Position numbers and translations under genes: made by a program. Positions 35,001 through 48,307 of a DNA stretch of 64,000 nucleotides are shown in pieces. This DNA is from Psammoneis japonica (lineage: Eukaryota): NCBI GenBank assembly GCA_008632985.1, contig QPGO01000152.1, positions 1-64,000 of the forward strand. The letters are read 5' to 3'. Position 1 is the first letter of the stretch. The number at the start of each line of letters is the position of its first letter. A model generated the notes under the pieces. That model saw only the letters and a program-made list of their open reading frames with translations, searched no databases and was not told the DNA's origin.

Positions 35001-36959
35001 CCATGCCAAAGCTGTTACGAGCGGAGGCTGCTTTTGACGGTCCACCCAGGTTGCGAGTAGACAATCTGCCAACTTCTGATTGAAGAGCTGCGTTCTCCAT
35101 CAGCAACCTCTTGTTTTCAAGATTGTTTGCCAATACGTCTGCTTCCCTGGCTGTCATTTCTTCATCCAATCGTGCCTCGAGTAACTGCACCTTTCCAGCA
35201 AGGTACCTCTCTGTTGCGTACCTCGAATTCTTAGATAGAGACTCAACCAAGCTATCTAGATCGTCTTGAGCTGAAGGACTATTACTCACTTCTTTCTCCG
35301 CGGCCGGACGCGCAGGAGAACCGTCTTCTGGGATCACTGCCAATGGAAGGTCGACAGACGCATCGTCACCAAGATCAGAGGGTCTATTCGTTGCGGCGAT
35401 TATTACCTCGAGGCGGTTCACTTGGCTTTCATACTCTTGAATCTTTTCAGTGAGTTGGTTAACTTCATATTGAAGCTCTGCGTTCAGGTCGCGCAAATAC
35501 TGAGTCTGCTCAACATCGCGCTGCTCGTCTGTGTAAGCCTCGAGGCTATCCACTGACGAACCGGTAATCGATCTTGACAACCTGGGCTCGATTTCATTAG
35601 TATCCGACAACGCCCTCTTCATTGTCGCAACCTCCTCTTTTAATCGCTCGTTCTCCTCAATTAGTGACTCATCAGTGCAAGTGCTTCCATATTTGCTACT
35701 TTTTTCTAGCTCCTCCTGAAGTTCCAGCCGCTCCCTTGTAAGCTCTTCCACCGCTTCCTCTAATTCGTAATTCTTTTCGTACATACCTGCAAGAAGCTGC
35801 TCAAGATACACTGCTCTTTGTTCCAGTTTCACCCATGAGATTGGCTCCACAACGGAGAACTCGTCATCGTTGTCCTGCGAGGGCTGAGACATTGAGCTGT
35901 CATCTCCACCGGTGCCTTGTTTGATGTGCCGAGAAAGATCGCGAATGGCAGGGTTCAGATTTCCCTTCGGATCCGGTCGCAAGCTCTTGGTTGACGTGGA
36001 AGTCATTGTCGAAACACTATCTTGATCGCCAGCAGCAGCTTTTTCGTCAGTGTTCTCTATACGAGACAATGCTTGAGCACGGGCTTGCTCCCAAAACGCG
36101 ACGCCTTTTACCAGCAAACTCTTCACCTTTTCTTTGTCGCCTCCAGAACGAATCCGATTAAGGTCCAGCGGGGATCTTCCAAACCTGTCGCGTTCGTGAA
36201 GGCCTTTTGGAAAGGCCATGAGCATCATCGAAATCGTGTCCGACGAAGCGTTATGCCAAATCGCCTCGTGAAGCGGCTATGAATATTTAGGAATGCAAAA
36301 AAGAAAATTATGCGTGTGAGAAAATGCTCAAAGGACTTTCTCAGAGTTTAATCATGTGCATGCTAATGATCCAACAAACTTACAAGCTTTCCTTCATGGT
36401 CACACTGCTCACAGCCATCCGGGTATGTAACAACCAGCAGGGCAATGAGCTTTTCGAGTTGCGTCTGTTCTTCCGGTTTGGTCGGGCGTATTAAATTCGA
36501 GCACGCCATATGAAGAGGCAACTGCCTCATGGAATAATCGACCATGATCTGCCGCTGCTTTTTCGATACGTTGTAGAAATTCTTCTGAGATGTCGAAATA
36601 CTTCTCACCGAACCCTGAAAACTGCGATCGGACCTATCCTTTCGAAGATAAGTTCGCAAAAGCTGTTCCCGTTTGAAGGGGTTGCGTTTCATTGCAACCC
36701 ACACAGACGCTTCTTGGGGATGAGACTTCACTCGCTTTATGGCGCTACTGTACTTGTTACTGAGCAGCAAGCGACTGAGAATGGTCGGGTTCTTGTAAAA
36801 GTCGACCTGCTTCGTGTCGTCTGTGACCTGAAGAAACGCGGCGGAGTCATCGTCATGCGCATCCTGGAGTCTATGGCTCCGATTGTGAGGAACTGATGGT
36901 CTCTTCAGTTCTTCTCCCCTGTCCTTGTCAGAATCCTTATACAGAGAGAACATCGACAT
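32053..36959 (-). CDS. Large protein: ankyrin-like N-terminus, coiled coil, ~12 copies of a helical repeat; intron 36277-36383
   Basis: LPLHMAC and (spliced) GKLPLHEA...DRFGRSPL ankyrin-like motifs; GTAAGT...TAG intron. Confidence 0.8.
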
Positions 36960-37513
36960 GGTTTTCTTCTCAACTTTCACCTTTTTCTTTTGTGTTGCAT
37001 GTTGGCATGTGGTGTTCACATATACTGTAGGGCCCTATCGTTCAAGAACTCCAAGAACGCAACCCGCGGATTGTTTCGCGCGAGAAGCCTCTGTAGGCTC
37101 CAGTACAAATCTTACGTCAGAAAAGAGGCGTTCGCGCGCTCTGACCCAAATTTTGAGTTCGAAACTTGCCACCAATACGATACGACTCATTCGACCGCCG
37201 AGACTAGCTACTCTACTCCCTCTACTCTAGTAGCTAGTAGCTGCTACTCTCTAGCTGCTACTCTCTCTCTCTCTAGAACTAGAGAGTAGAGAGCCGAGAC
37301 CTCCTGTTTTCGCCTCCAGCTCGTTATTACGACCGTTGCTATCCATAGATGATGTGAACAAAGGGAGTCCACATGAGCACTGCAACTTGCACATCTTAAA
37401 AATATATGTATCCTAAAGTGTAGTGTAGACAACTCCAGTCGCATTTCCGACCAGAGGCAAAAACATGTTCATCGTGTCACGCAATCATTGCAAGCCTCCA
37501 TAGGTTGTGTCAC

Positions 37514-39465
37514 TTAGATACTCTTCATCGGAAAAATCTCATTCGTCGCTGTCTCACTCGATAGATCTTCATCTTCCAGAGAGTTGTCATGCAGGTACTC
37601 ATCATCCGCTGGAGTAGCACCTTCCAAAGGCCGGAGCAAGGATTCCAATCGAGCGCTTTCTAGAACTTCAGCTGCTTCATTATCAGATTCCCAATGGAAA
37701 ATGTCCACAAAGTCTCTGTCCGACCGTTTCTTTTCTCGGAACTTTCCTAGAGCAGTTTCGCCAGAGGCATCCTTTACATTCTTGTCAGCTCCAAGTTCAA
37801 TCAGCTTCTCTAGCAAACTATAGCGACTGGTAGCATCTCCATACCTACCAGCAGCTGCCACCATGAGTGGGGTGCAACCATTGTTATCAAAGCGATTGAC
37901 GACTTCTCGCCGCTTAGACTCGGGTACGAACTCAAGGAGAAGCTCCAAGTACTCAAGTTCAGTGTTTGCGGCACAAGCGTGCAGTGCATTAGAATCTGCT
38001 ATGGACGCACCAGCCTCGCAGATGAAGCGAGTCACTTCCGACCTGACCTTGGCGTTCAGTGATGCTACTTCTGACTGGACAGCCGCTTTTCTCTCCTCAT
38101 CTTGCCTTTCGATGGCCTCACGGATCTCCCTTATGCCTTTTTCTCTTATCTCTGAAGCTTGCTGACAAATTTGTTGCACCTCAATCTCTTTTTGTTCTAG
38201 CATTGTTCTAGCACGATCGAAATAGTCTTGAGTATGTTGCAACAGAGAAGCTTTAGAAAGATCAGAGCCATCAATTGTCTCAACAGACCTCACTCTTTCT
38301 TCTTCCTGATTCCGTAACTGCTGTTTCGTTTCTTCCATGGCTCTTTTGAGCTCACGAAGCTTTGACATATTGGGACCAAAAGCCTCAGAGACCATGCGGC
38401 GTGCCCGTTCGTCAGCAGGAAGTACATTCTCCACAGAGGAGCGAATGCATCGTTTCTGAGAGCACGAAGAAATTATGAATTCGAGAAGTTGTCCATTCAC
38501 AGCCAATGGTGGCTTACTAACCGGGGACTTTTTTCTGACAATTTTAATGGATGCAGCTTCATCGTGAGAAATCAGAGCGTCATCCAAAAAGGACGGAACC
38601 GCAAAAACGTAGTCGCAATCGGTTTTGTAAACCACCTCCTTGACTTGCCGGAAACCTGCTCTAAAGAATTGACGCAAATCATGCTCGCAAAGTAACTCAG
38701 TTCGTTTACGCCATTCGTCAACTTGATGTTGCTCTTGGTCCGTCCTCTCCCCTCTCTTCTTATCCAATATGACACTCACGACGTGTCGAATCTTCGGATC
38801 TTCCGTGGTGAAGTGAGACGCTGCATCAGCAATATAAATGACAACCGCCCAAGAATGTTGAAGTATATAGTTCTCGGTAAGTAGGGCACGAATGGCCTTG
38901 GCTCCTACCCAGGTCGAATCACGATAGTCTTTGGTCAATTTGAATTCGTCCAGGTATAAGAAGGGGCGCGTATCGTCATATTTTTCTATAGCCTTCCGAA
39001 CGCTAGCCACTCGAGATCTTCCCCTTTTGTCAAAGAACAAAAGACTTGTTTCTGACATTTGACCTGAAATCTCATCGCAAATTTCAATGAATCTGTTGGT
39101 CTCTCGTGTGACACAGGTAAACGATCCGTTTCCAGCCGCCTTTCCGTCCACATACACCTCAAAGCTCCCTTGAAGTATGCTTCCAGGAGCCCCACCGTAA
39201 GCCTCGCCACAATCTAGATCATCTTCATCTTCAATCGACACTGAAACCTCAGCCCATTCACTCATGGCCCGTTCATGTCGAAAGGAAGATGAATTAAGAA
39301 CTGTTTTCATTTTTCGGCAAGTGCACCGCAAGCGGGGTGGTCGCTGGCACATGTGCGAACAAGAACCTCGCGTAAGGCGTCATCGTTCAAAATACTCAAC
39401 AGATCACTTTCGTTTGTCAATTTAGGACGCTTGCTAAGAGGAATTGTAGTCGATTCATCCGCCAT
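37514..39465 (-). CDS. Ankyrin-repeat protein with F-box-like N-terminus; apparent 1-nt frameshift near 39335
   Basis: LSILNDDALREVL at the N-terminus; NALHACA, GCTPLMVAA, LIELGADKNVKDASGETAL. Confidence 0.75.
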
Positions 39466-40040
39466 TGTTGCTGACCGTATCTCGAATAACGCTGTTTTGA
39501 TAGAAGTCTTCTTTGATTTGAGGTGATGTGTGCAGTTTGCAGTTGACGGTTGACCAGTTGCCAGGCGTGTGTCTTTCTGTTTTTGAGACCGGTGTTGTTT
39601 GCAGGCGGCTGTGCTCCAACACGTACTCACCAACCATCATGCCAGCCATGCCATCGCCATCCAGCGATACCAGCCATAACCATAACCATGCATCCATTAG
39701 GCCCTACCAGGCCAGCCATACCATCACCAGCTAGAGAGTAGACTAGCTGTTGTACATACTCTACTCTAGACTCTAGAGTAGAGGGTCAGCTAGAAGTACT
39801 GTCATAGAAGAACCTACTCCGAAGCAGATCGTTCGATTGTTTCGTCTACTAGGGATAATACAGTGTATCATCCTAGGTTTCGTCGTGAAAGGTATCATTC
39901 TTGACTACAAAAGTCTTGTATTCATAATCTTGCCGCCGTCATTTGTTGTCGAACAATCGAGATTGTTTCATGTACGTACGTTAACAGTGGCATGGTGCGA
40001 CTCAAATGCGACGTGAAGAAAGTTGTTCTCTAACTTTCCA

Positions 40041-41417
40041 TCAATCATTCGAAGGCTCAAAGTATGGAATATCTGGAACCACATCAATCAGTTCCTTTGG
40101 TTGCCACCATTCAACAAAGCATATCCAACATTCAAGCGTCATTGCCAAAAGACCCGTCACCCATCCAGTCATGCCACCCAACTCTAGATACCGATTCAAT
40201 CGTTCCAAAAGAGATTGCTGTTGTTGCTGTGATAAAATAGATTCATAAACACCAACCGTTTCCCTTGCAACTCGGTTCCATGAATACATGGTGGACACTC
40301 GTTGATGCATTTCCCACGGATCCAATGTGTCGACAGATTCATCAGACTGACCTTGCATTCGTTCAATTGCAAGTCTCAATTGCTTTGCTAGTGCTAACAC
40401 ATTGGGTTCTGCCAACAAGACCATTTCCGGTGACGGCAATACCTCTGGCACGCCACCAACATTGGTACTCACTACCGTCAATCCGCATGACGCGGCCTCC
40501 AACAAGGCAATGCAAAAGGATTCCGTCAGGCTGCAATTCAAAAAGATGTGTCCTCGCCTCAAGACGTTGGGCACATTGGCGTGTGGGACCGCACCCAGAA
40601 ACTCGACCCGTTCCTGTAGTCCTTCACGTTCCACCATTTCCTGCAGTGCCAATCGCTTGGGACCATCTCCTCCCAATATGAAATCGACAGAATCGAACTC
40701 TTTGCAAATGATTGGAATAATCCCCACCAATAGATCAACGCCCTTGCGATAGACTAATCGTGATACAACCACAACCTTTATGCGGTCCGACTCTTTGAAA
40801 GGACGATCCAATGACGGAGTGAATTTGGACGGATCCACCGCATTGGGAATAACGTGCACTTTGGTTGTGTCCTTGATTTGAGCTCGGAGAATCAAGTTGT
40901 CTCGACACGTAAAAGAAACACAAACAATCGCACAGACATGAGCCAGTGTGATTTGCAAGACTCGATTCAATATAACACCCGCCACGTCGTCAAATCCAAA
41001 GAGCGAGTGATCGGTGTAGACTGTGGGTATTCCCAAGGCTGCCGCGTACACCAAACTCTCATTGGCCATGGTGCTTGTCGCCTGATGAGCGTGTACGACG
41101 TTGATTCCTTCTCGAATCCAAATCCATCGCATCAGCGGTAATGTAGCTGTAAATGTAGGTAAGGTGTCTTCGTCTGTCATGACCAATGTTGGACAATAGT
41201 AAACCTTGAGTGGTCCGGGCAAGTAACGAACGCCCTTGCGATGATGAGTCGTCTGTCCCTCGCGTTTGTACGAGTACGCGTGTGTAATGACAATGACCTT
41301 GTGTCCCTGTCGAATCAAATGTTGAGCCAAAGACCATATATGCATTTCTACACCACCAAGTCGAGGATAGAAAAAGTCGCAAACCAGAGCTATGCGAATA
41401 GATGATGGACTCGGCAT
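40041..41417 (-). CDS. PIGA: Phosphatidylinositol N-acetylglucosaminyltransferase subunit A
   Basis: DFFYPRLGGVEMH, TDHSLFGF, SRLVYRKG, FLNCSLTESFCIALLEAASCGL. Confidence 0.97.
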   Translation of the reverse strand: MPSPSSIRIALVCDFFYPRLGGVEMHIWSLAQHLIRQGHKVIVITHAYSYKREGQTTHHRKGVRYLPGPLKVYYCPTLVMTDEDTLPTFTATLPLMRWIWIREGINVVHAHQATSTMANESLVYAAALGIPTVYTDHSLFGFDDVAGVILNRVLQITLAHVCAIVCVSFTCRDNLILRAQIKDTTKVHVIPNAVDPSKFTPSLDRPFKESDRIKVVVVSRLVYRKGVDLLVGIIPIICKEFDSVDFILGGDGPKRLALQEMVEREGLQERVEFLGAVPHANVPNVLRRGHIFLNCSLTESFCIALLEAASCGLTVVSTNVGGVPEVLPSPEMVLLAEPNVLALAKQLRLAIERMQGQSDESVDTLDPWEMHQRVSTMYSWNRVARETVGVYESILSQQQQQSLLERLNRYLELGGMTGWVTGLLAMTLECWICFVEWWQPKELIDVVPDIPYFEPSND

Positions 41418-42147
41418 GTTTCCCAGACTGATGACTCCTCTCCCGAAATAAAATTTAGAAGCTTCAACAATCTTTCAAAAATTGTACCATTCTAGAGCGA
41501 TTCTTTTGGTGCCGCAGTCTCGAGAGATAATAGTCTCATACATCACACATCAACAACGAAGATGATCGACAGCTTTCGGCTTTCGTCCCATCGGAATCGC
41601 GAGAAATCTAAATGCCGACGAAAAAAATCAAAAGAATCTTTTCGCTCCTTTTCTTTTTTTTTGTGCACCACAGCAGACTCGTACGACGAACAGACGCGCA
41701 TATGTTCGTGACGTAATCAAAAATGTCTCAACCAATCAGATTGCTGGAACGAAATATCTTGCTGGCCTCTCGGCCGTCCACCATCGTCAGCCGTAGGATT
41801 CTACGGCTTTTGTACCAGCTGTGGAAAGCTTTTGAGCTCGGCATTGCAGTGAGAAGCCCCGAGGTCATCGTATCATCATCATTGGTGCGACGACTCGAGG
41901 CGTCGACAGTACGAGGGTTTGTTTCCCCTCTTTCTTGTGTATTGACGGGGTGGGGAAACTTTATCTGTAGGTTTTTGGGGTGATTTTTGTTTTGTGTTGT
42001 TTTGTGGAAAATTTGAGGATCACATTTTCGCCTACGAGTCGGTCCCGATCTGCATCAGAGGATCATACGGAGCAAGAGAGATTCGGTTAAGTCGATTCGA
42101 TTAAGTCCATCAGCGCTGTTGAATAGATTGTTTCTTTTTTACAAGAC

Positions 42148-43670
42148 ATGAGCTCTACTCCTCCAGCGAGTGGTAGTCGCGGTCCAACTCCTCCTCCTGG
42201 AGGCGGCGGCGTGTCTCCGTTGGTGATTGGCAAGAGCTTTGTAAAGCAGTATTATCAGGTCTTGTCAACTTCGCCGGAGCACATTGTCAAGTTTTACAAG
42301 CCCAACTCCGTACTGAGTCAAGGAGATGGAAGTACGCCGTCGACTCCCGACAAGTTTTTGGCGACGACAGAGTCTACGGACAATGTCGGGGCCACTCTGA
42401 AGGAACGCTTGTTGGAAGAAGAGGGAGCTCGTATTGAGCTGGGTCAAGGCGCGATTGATGCTCAGGAGAGTGTGGGAGGCGGAGTGCTCTTGGTGGTGAC
42501 GGGACACATGGTGTTGGAAGTACAGGCGTTACGCAAGTCATTTTGTCATACCTTTTTTCTTAACCCTCTTGATCCTCAGGCCAAGAAGAAACACTACTAC
42601 ATTCATAACGATGTGCTGAGATTTCTTCATCAGGAGACTTTGCCTCCTTCTCCCGTTGCGGCTGCTGCTGCCTCTACGGCTGCAGCAACGGCAGAGGAGG
42701 AAGCAGCATCTAGTCCTGAGCCCGAGGAACCACCAAAAGTTGAGGAACCAGTCAAAGAAGAAGAAGAAGAAGCTACGTGGAGGAACCGGCTGTTAGCATC
42801 GAGGAACCTGTTCCTGCAGCTCTTGGTGTGGAGGAGACCAAGGACGAACCTCCACCCGAAGAGACGACCAAAAAACCATCCAAGACTGAAAAGTCAGAAG
42901 ATTCACCGGCTTCGCAAAATGAGAAGAAAAGAGACAAAAAGAGGAGATCCAGGTCCAGAGGACGACGCAGCAAGTCTCGTTCTTCTTCTCCAACGGATCA
43001 CAAAAACAAAACGTCGGCCAAGTCTGCTCCCAATTCATGGGCGAGTTTGGTGGCGGCTCCTGCTCCTCCCGCGCCCAAGCAGCAACCCAAACCTACCACG
43101 GAAAAGGCATCGACAAACCAATCGGCCACTACTGGTGCTAGTGCAGACTCGACACCCGCGGAGCAGCAGCAGACACCGAGCAGTCCCAGAAAAGATAGTA
43201 CTAGTAATAAGCAGTCTGGTGGCGGCGGCGGTCGTTCTGTTAGGAGAGATCCAGAAAATACCTTGGTCATCAAAAATGTGTTGGAAGGGACCAAGGAGGC
43301 TGAGATTCGTGGACTCTTTGAACCGCTCTGTCCCAAAACAAAAGCAAAGATTCTAGGCATTACCGTGGCTGGACATCGTGGATTGGCCTTTGTCGATTAT
43401 GATTCACCCAAACCGGTGGCGCTAGCGTTGGAGATGCAACAAAAGAACCACCGCTTTCGTTTGAATGGAAGGAATTTGGAAGTTGAACCAAAGTCAATGG
43501 ATCATCGCATGAAAAGGTCATCGTCTTCTCGTGGTGGATACAATCGTAGTGGATCGCCGGGCAATGGAGGGAGGTATAATCGTGGAGATCGAAAATCTGG
43601 TCGCGGTGGCGGCGCTGGAGGTGGAAGCGGAGGTGATCGATCTGGTCGAGGAGGACGAGGCGGCAAATGA
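42148..43670 (+). CDS. G3BP/Rasputin-like NTF2-RRM-RGG protein; apparent frameshift near 42775
   Basis: IGKSFVKQYY...YYIHNDVLR (NTF2), SWASLV, GLAFVDY (RNP1), RGG tail. Confidence 0.88.
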
Positions 43671-44091
43671 TGATCTCGAGCGAGAGCGTAGATGAGGTGT
43701 GAGACAATCGTGTTAAGATACAAACAAGAATGTCGGCGAGTGGTATGGACGGATGGATTAACAGAAAAGGAATGGAATAGGGTGTGTTGTAAGGAGCATG
43801 GCGCCTTTTGCTTGTATGGTATTCTTTTGTGGTGTCTCGTGCACCGTGAGTGTGATATCATATCTAGATGGGCCATGTTGCACGTGCGGCGGTGCTAGAC
43901 TAAGTGTGAAATAGAACAAAAATCCAAAGCATAGTTTTGTTGATGGGAGATGACTAGAGAGTTTCTATCTTTCAAGAAACAGGACCTACTGTAGCTATGG
44001 TACAAAGATGTAAAGTGCTGGAAATTGCATGTTCTCGACATCTGCGATTCGTCACGACCGTCAACACGGCGTGCAGAAAACATAGTGAATT

Positions 44092-44806
44092 CTATCGCAA
44101 ATGCGAGTGAAACATTTCATGCTCTGTGCACCTGAAATGAAGCGCAGGGATATCTCCAAACTTACGACTGAGCTTCGTATTGTAGGTACTGTACACTCTT
44201 GAATTCTCAATACGCGCATCATTCACACACGGCTCATTCCTCCTCGGCTCTTTCCCCCCCTTGTCTGGTTGATTCTTCCCTTTCCACTCTGAAACTGCAA
44301 TCAGACCGAGTGATGTAACGGTGCTCATTGCCGTTAGCACGACCGCAGCCAATGTTCCACGAATGTCAATTGGAAACTTGTGACGCTGCAGGGCGGAAAT
44401 CACTGTCAGGTAGCGACTCGTCGCAAACATCAACAAGAATGCTCCATTGGCCATGAGCAGGGCGCACGCCGGAACAATGTGAGTATACAAAGCTTTGGTA
44501 TCGTCTAGTTGTTGAATCCTGGTGATTCGGCGAGTCTTGTCGGTGGTATGCAGCAAACAGTGCACTACCCGCTCCAACGAAACCAAGTCCTGTGCGAGAC
44601 CACGCGAGAAAGGTACGCTCCGTGGCGAGAATATCGCGAGCAATGGAACCGCTGTTTTCAACAACGGAAGAATGAGGTGGGGAAAGAGGTAGCGACGATA
44701 AAAGTTTGTCAGTCTGCCCTTGTTCGAGTAGTACACATAGCGGTGGGGAACGATTTCGTGGAAGAACGTGCCAGCATAATCGACTCGCAAATTGTGGCTT
44801 CATGAT
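44092..44806 (-). CDS. DUF202 (YidH/VTC1-like) membrane protein; apparent frameshift near 44510
   Basis: ENSGSIARDILATERTFLAWSRTGL followed by TM helices in the adjacent frame. Confidence 0.75.
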
Positions 44807-45215
44807 GGCTATTTTCTATTTTCTATATCTTCGAATGAGCTGTTAAGAATACGACGCCATTCTGGTGAATCTGGATACTCGTGAGTCCTCTTGGTAAGTT
44901 CAAGTCTAAACACTTCATGTTTCTCTTCGTTTTCATCATCGCCAAAACCAACGAGACACGTCGGCGGCAAGTTCTTGCAGTTTTTAATTTCCGGGTTTGT
45001 TTTTTGTTGTTGGTGTTGGCGCGCGCGTTTTTGCCGTTTTCTTTTTTGGGAAAAACAAAATGCCGGGTCGGCCACTCGACACGTGCTTCGCGATACCAGC
45101 ATGCCAACACAAAGATACCGTAGAGCTGAAGGATTGGAATAGAGTAGAAGTAAAACTTGTTACTTTGGTAGGCGGCTGCCGTTACACCATTTGGATGCTA
45201 GTTCAATAGTGTACC

Positions 45216-46124
45216 ATGCAAAATGATTGTCCCTTCTTGTTGTTACCTGAAGAGTTGGTAAGGATGATCTATTCCTTTGCTGATATTCCGTCGTTGTCGG
45301 CAGTTGCGCAAACCAACAAGAACAAGATTTTTCAGTACGCCATGGACGACAAAACGTGGTCTGATTTTGTGGAACGTCGATTCCGGGTCCGCACTAGCCG
45401 TAGTCATCCGAGATTTTACGGAGGACCTACTTGGAAAGATGCCTACAGGACCCTGTCCTTTTGCAATCGCATTCCCAAAACACGATACTCCACAAAGAGC
45501 AAGGTTGTCTTTGCAAAGGGCGGAGGCGGAACATTGAGTTCATCCGTTAGTGTTTGGGCATTGGTTAGTCATACTGAAAACTGCAAAACTCGAATTGTTC
45601 GGGACTCCAACTTGACGGCAGATCGATTCATTGTTCTTCAGATCTGCATCCAAAACACCAGCAGCAGGGGCCAACAAGTTTCGGTCGATGCCACCCGATC
45701 CTTCGTCCAAATGGGTTCGGCAGACGTGGGTCATTCTTGCAAGTGGGCGGTGGACACTGGGTCATTGCGTCCAAACATTCTGGTGCATCCTACCGAAACT
45801 TCCAGCCGAGACGTTCAGTCCGCTCCATGTGACGTGAGACTCGGCTCGTTTGAGTTTACAATCATTTCGATTCATTTCCCATGCGATGCGGACATGGTTT
45901 TTGAAACCGACTTTCTTTCTAGAGCTGTAGCTATCTGTGTGCCTATCAAGGTGATTTCAGCTTCAATGCGGAGGGAGGAAGACTCTTGGTATGGGTGTTT
46001 GCCAAGACAAGAATCCCAAGCCAGAGCCTCTTTCATTTCGGAGAATGAATTATGGAACCATTATACACAACTACCAGGTCGATGTTTGTCGCTCACGGAC
46101 AAGTATCGGCTTGCTTTGGCTTAG
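45216..46124 (+). CDS. F-box domain protein
   Basis: FLLLPEELVRMIYSFADIPSLSAVAQTNK...DDKTW. Confidence 0.75.
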   Translation: MQNDCPFLLLPEELVRMIYSFADIPSLSAVAQTNKNKIFQYAMDDKTWSDFVERRFRVRTSRSHPRFYGGPTWKDAYRTLSFCNRIPKTRYSTKSKVVFAKGGGGTLSSSVSVWALVSHTENCKTRIVRDSNLTADRFIVLQICIQNTSSRGQQVSVDATRSFVQMGSADVGHSCKWAVDTGSLRPNILVHPTETSSRDVQSAPCDVRLGSFEFTIISIHFPCDADMVFETDFLSRAVAICVPIKVISASMRREEDSWYGCLPRQESQARASFISENELWNHYTQLPGRCLSLTDKYRLALA

Positions 46125-46613
46125 TCTACAATAGTTACTCAAACTAGAGAAGCGACAAGCAAGTTGAAAGCATGGTAGATAGAAAGTATACACTCTCTAC
46201 AGTGTAGATTGTGCATTCGACTCCCTACCAGTAGCTATGTTGGTATGTCTGTCCAAACCTCTGGCAAAGATGGTTATGGATGACTCTGCTCTCTAGAGAT
46301 AGCTACAGTAGAGTGAGGAGAATGGTTTTCTTCCTATACTCTAGCTACCATGCCGTTCCTTCGGAGTTGCCTCGCCAAGATTCGTCGTCCGTCCGGTTCG
46401 TCCATGGTCGATCCAATGTTCACACTCGAACACAATGGAAGAGAGGGCGGCGGCGGCCAGCGAGGACTCTGACAGCGCATTCGGCGTCACCGAGGCTCCT
46501 TGTCTAACGACAAAAGTTTAATTTGATATCGCTGTCTTTTTCTCATCAGTGGTGTGTTTTTCGTGAGTCTTGTGCTTCTGGGAAAACGAAAGTCTATCTC
46601 CTGTCAAAGAATC

Positions 46614-47048
46614 ATGATGATTCGTTCCTGCCGCATTCCTCCGTTGCTATCAAAAATTTGCAGCGATGGAATCCACACGGCCATGGTAGCCACGACGGAT
46701 GGAGAGTTATTGGGAAGTGCTCAGGATGAGAAAAAGAAACTGTCAGCGGATGATGTATCTGATGTCGGTTCACTCGTGACGGAGATTGCAGCCGACTACA
46801 TGAGGTTGGGAAACAACGAACTGCTTCTTTTGGATTCTCAGCGGGCCCCGAAACAACAAAACCATATGCAATGTCTGATAATGGAGCTAGACCAAGGTTT
46901 GGTGGCAGTATCGAGTGCAGGAATAGACTGTTTGGTGATGGCCTTGGCAGACAAAGACGTACCGCATGGCATGCTTAAAGCGAGACTTATGGCCCTAGCA
47001 TCCCATGTACAGGAAGCGCTTTCGCCGCTGACAGAGCCGATATCATGA
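46614..47048 (+). CDS. LAMTOR2: Roadblock-fold Ragulator subunit, LAMTOR2-like
   Basis: GIHTAMVATTDGELLGS...LIMELDQGLVAV...GMLKARLMALASH. Confidence 0.7.
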   Translation: MMIRSCRIPPLLSKICSDGIHTAMVATTDGELLGSAQDEKKKLSADDVSDVGSLVTEIAADYMRLGNNELLLLDSQRAPKQQNHMQCLIMELDQGLVAVSSAGIDCLVMALADKDVPHGMLKARLMALASHVQEALSPLTEPIS

Positions 47049-47269
47049 AGCCGAAAATTTCGAAACCATTAAAGATCAGCTTCACATTCTAAAGTGCTGT
47101 TTTGCATGTGTTTTTTCTCCTTTTGTTACGATACCATCGTGATGCAGAAGTATCGCCCTACGCTTGATTGCAAAAAGTGACGCCTGACGCACATCAACAT
47201 GTCTGTATGTTCAATGAAATGTACTCTCAATTTCATACATTCCAAACTTATTTTCACTACAGTAGGGCC

Positions 47270-48307
47270 CTAGCTACTGTTCTTTTTTATTCTTCTCAAT
47301 AAATCTCGTCCGGACAAGTCGGCTTGCCTCACTGGCTCGGGGATGCGAGCTTGAGACAATTTTGCGCAGATATGCACTGCTTCCTCCAGAGATATCAAGT
47401 TACCCACGCTAACAAAAATTGGGTTCTTTGTCCCGCATTTGGTTCCTCTCGATCGCCTTCCAATGCTACCACCATGAGCAAGCAGTGCACTGCCGCATAT
47501 CTTCCCATCGTTTCCTTTCAATTTCATAGCAAAGCCTTGACACATTGTCGACAGTTCCTGAACAACACTTTGCCTATCTTCGGTCTTAGGGAAGTTCTTG
47601 TCACCCTCTGACTATTAGATTCTGAGTCTCAGCACTAATACAGAACTGGTCGTAAACTACACCTCGCTTCCCTTGCATTCCTTCCTGAATTCGTCGTCCT
47701 CGCGGGTTTGGTGAACGAATTCCGCAAGCGCCTTGTCGATGCCTTTCATCACCAATGTTGTAGACAATCCCGCGTGACAGTACAGCGTTTTTCCGACCCC
47801 AATAGTTTTCAAACCAGTTCTTACTCCCAAAAAGCATGCAATTCCAGCATTTCGCTGGTGTAGAATTCCGTTGCCGTCGACAAGAATAGCGTATGGTGTA
47901 AGCTCGGGTTGCTCGCTCATCTGTTTCTTGACCAAACGCTCCAGAGGATCAATCTCTCGAAAAGATAAATAAGAAGATACATAAGGAACTTCCAGAGTGA
48001 ACATTTCGCTGTCGTGGTAGAGAACCTTGTCGCCTCTCAAAATACAATATACCGCTACAGCAGGATCGCCTTCGGCTTCGGGGAAGCTTACATCGACGCC
48101 TCCAAACAAGGTGCTTTCAAAGCAGGAATCAGTCAGAACTTTGTACCTGCTACTGACCTCCTTCACGGCGGATTTTTCAGAGGTTTCATCTGGAAGAACG
48201 ACCACTTCTTCAGCCACGCGAAATTGCTCCTCACGCCATGCCGCCAGTCGCGCTTCGAGATCGTGATCTGGTTGCACGTGTGCCTCTTGGTCGCCGTCGA
48301 TCATCAT
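47270..48307 (-). CDS. ENDOV: Endonuclease V (inosine-specific); apparent frameshift(s) near 47600-47660
   Basis: GGVDVSF, PYVSSYLSFRE, LVDGNGILH, IGVGK, PIFVSVG, RIPEPVRQAD. Confidence 0.92.
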
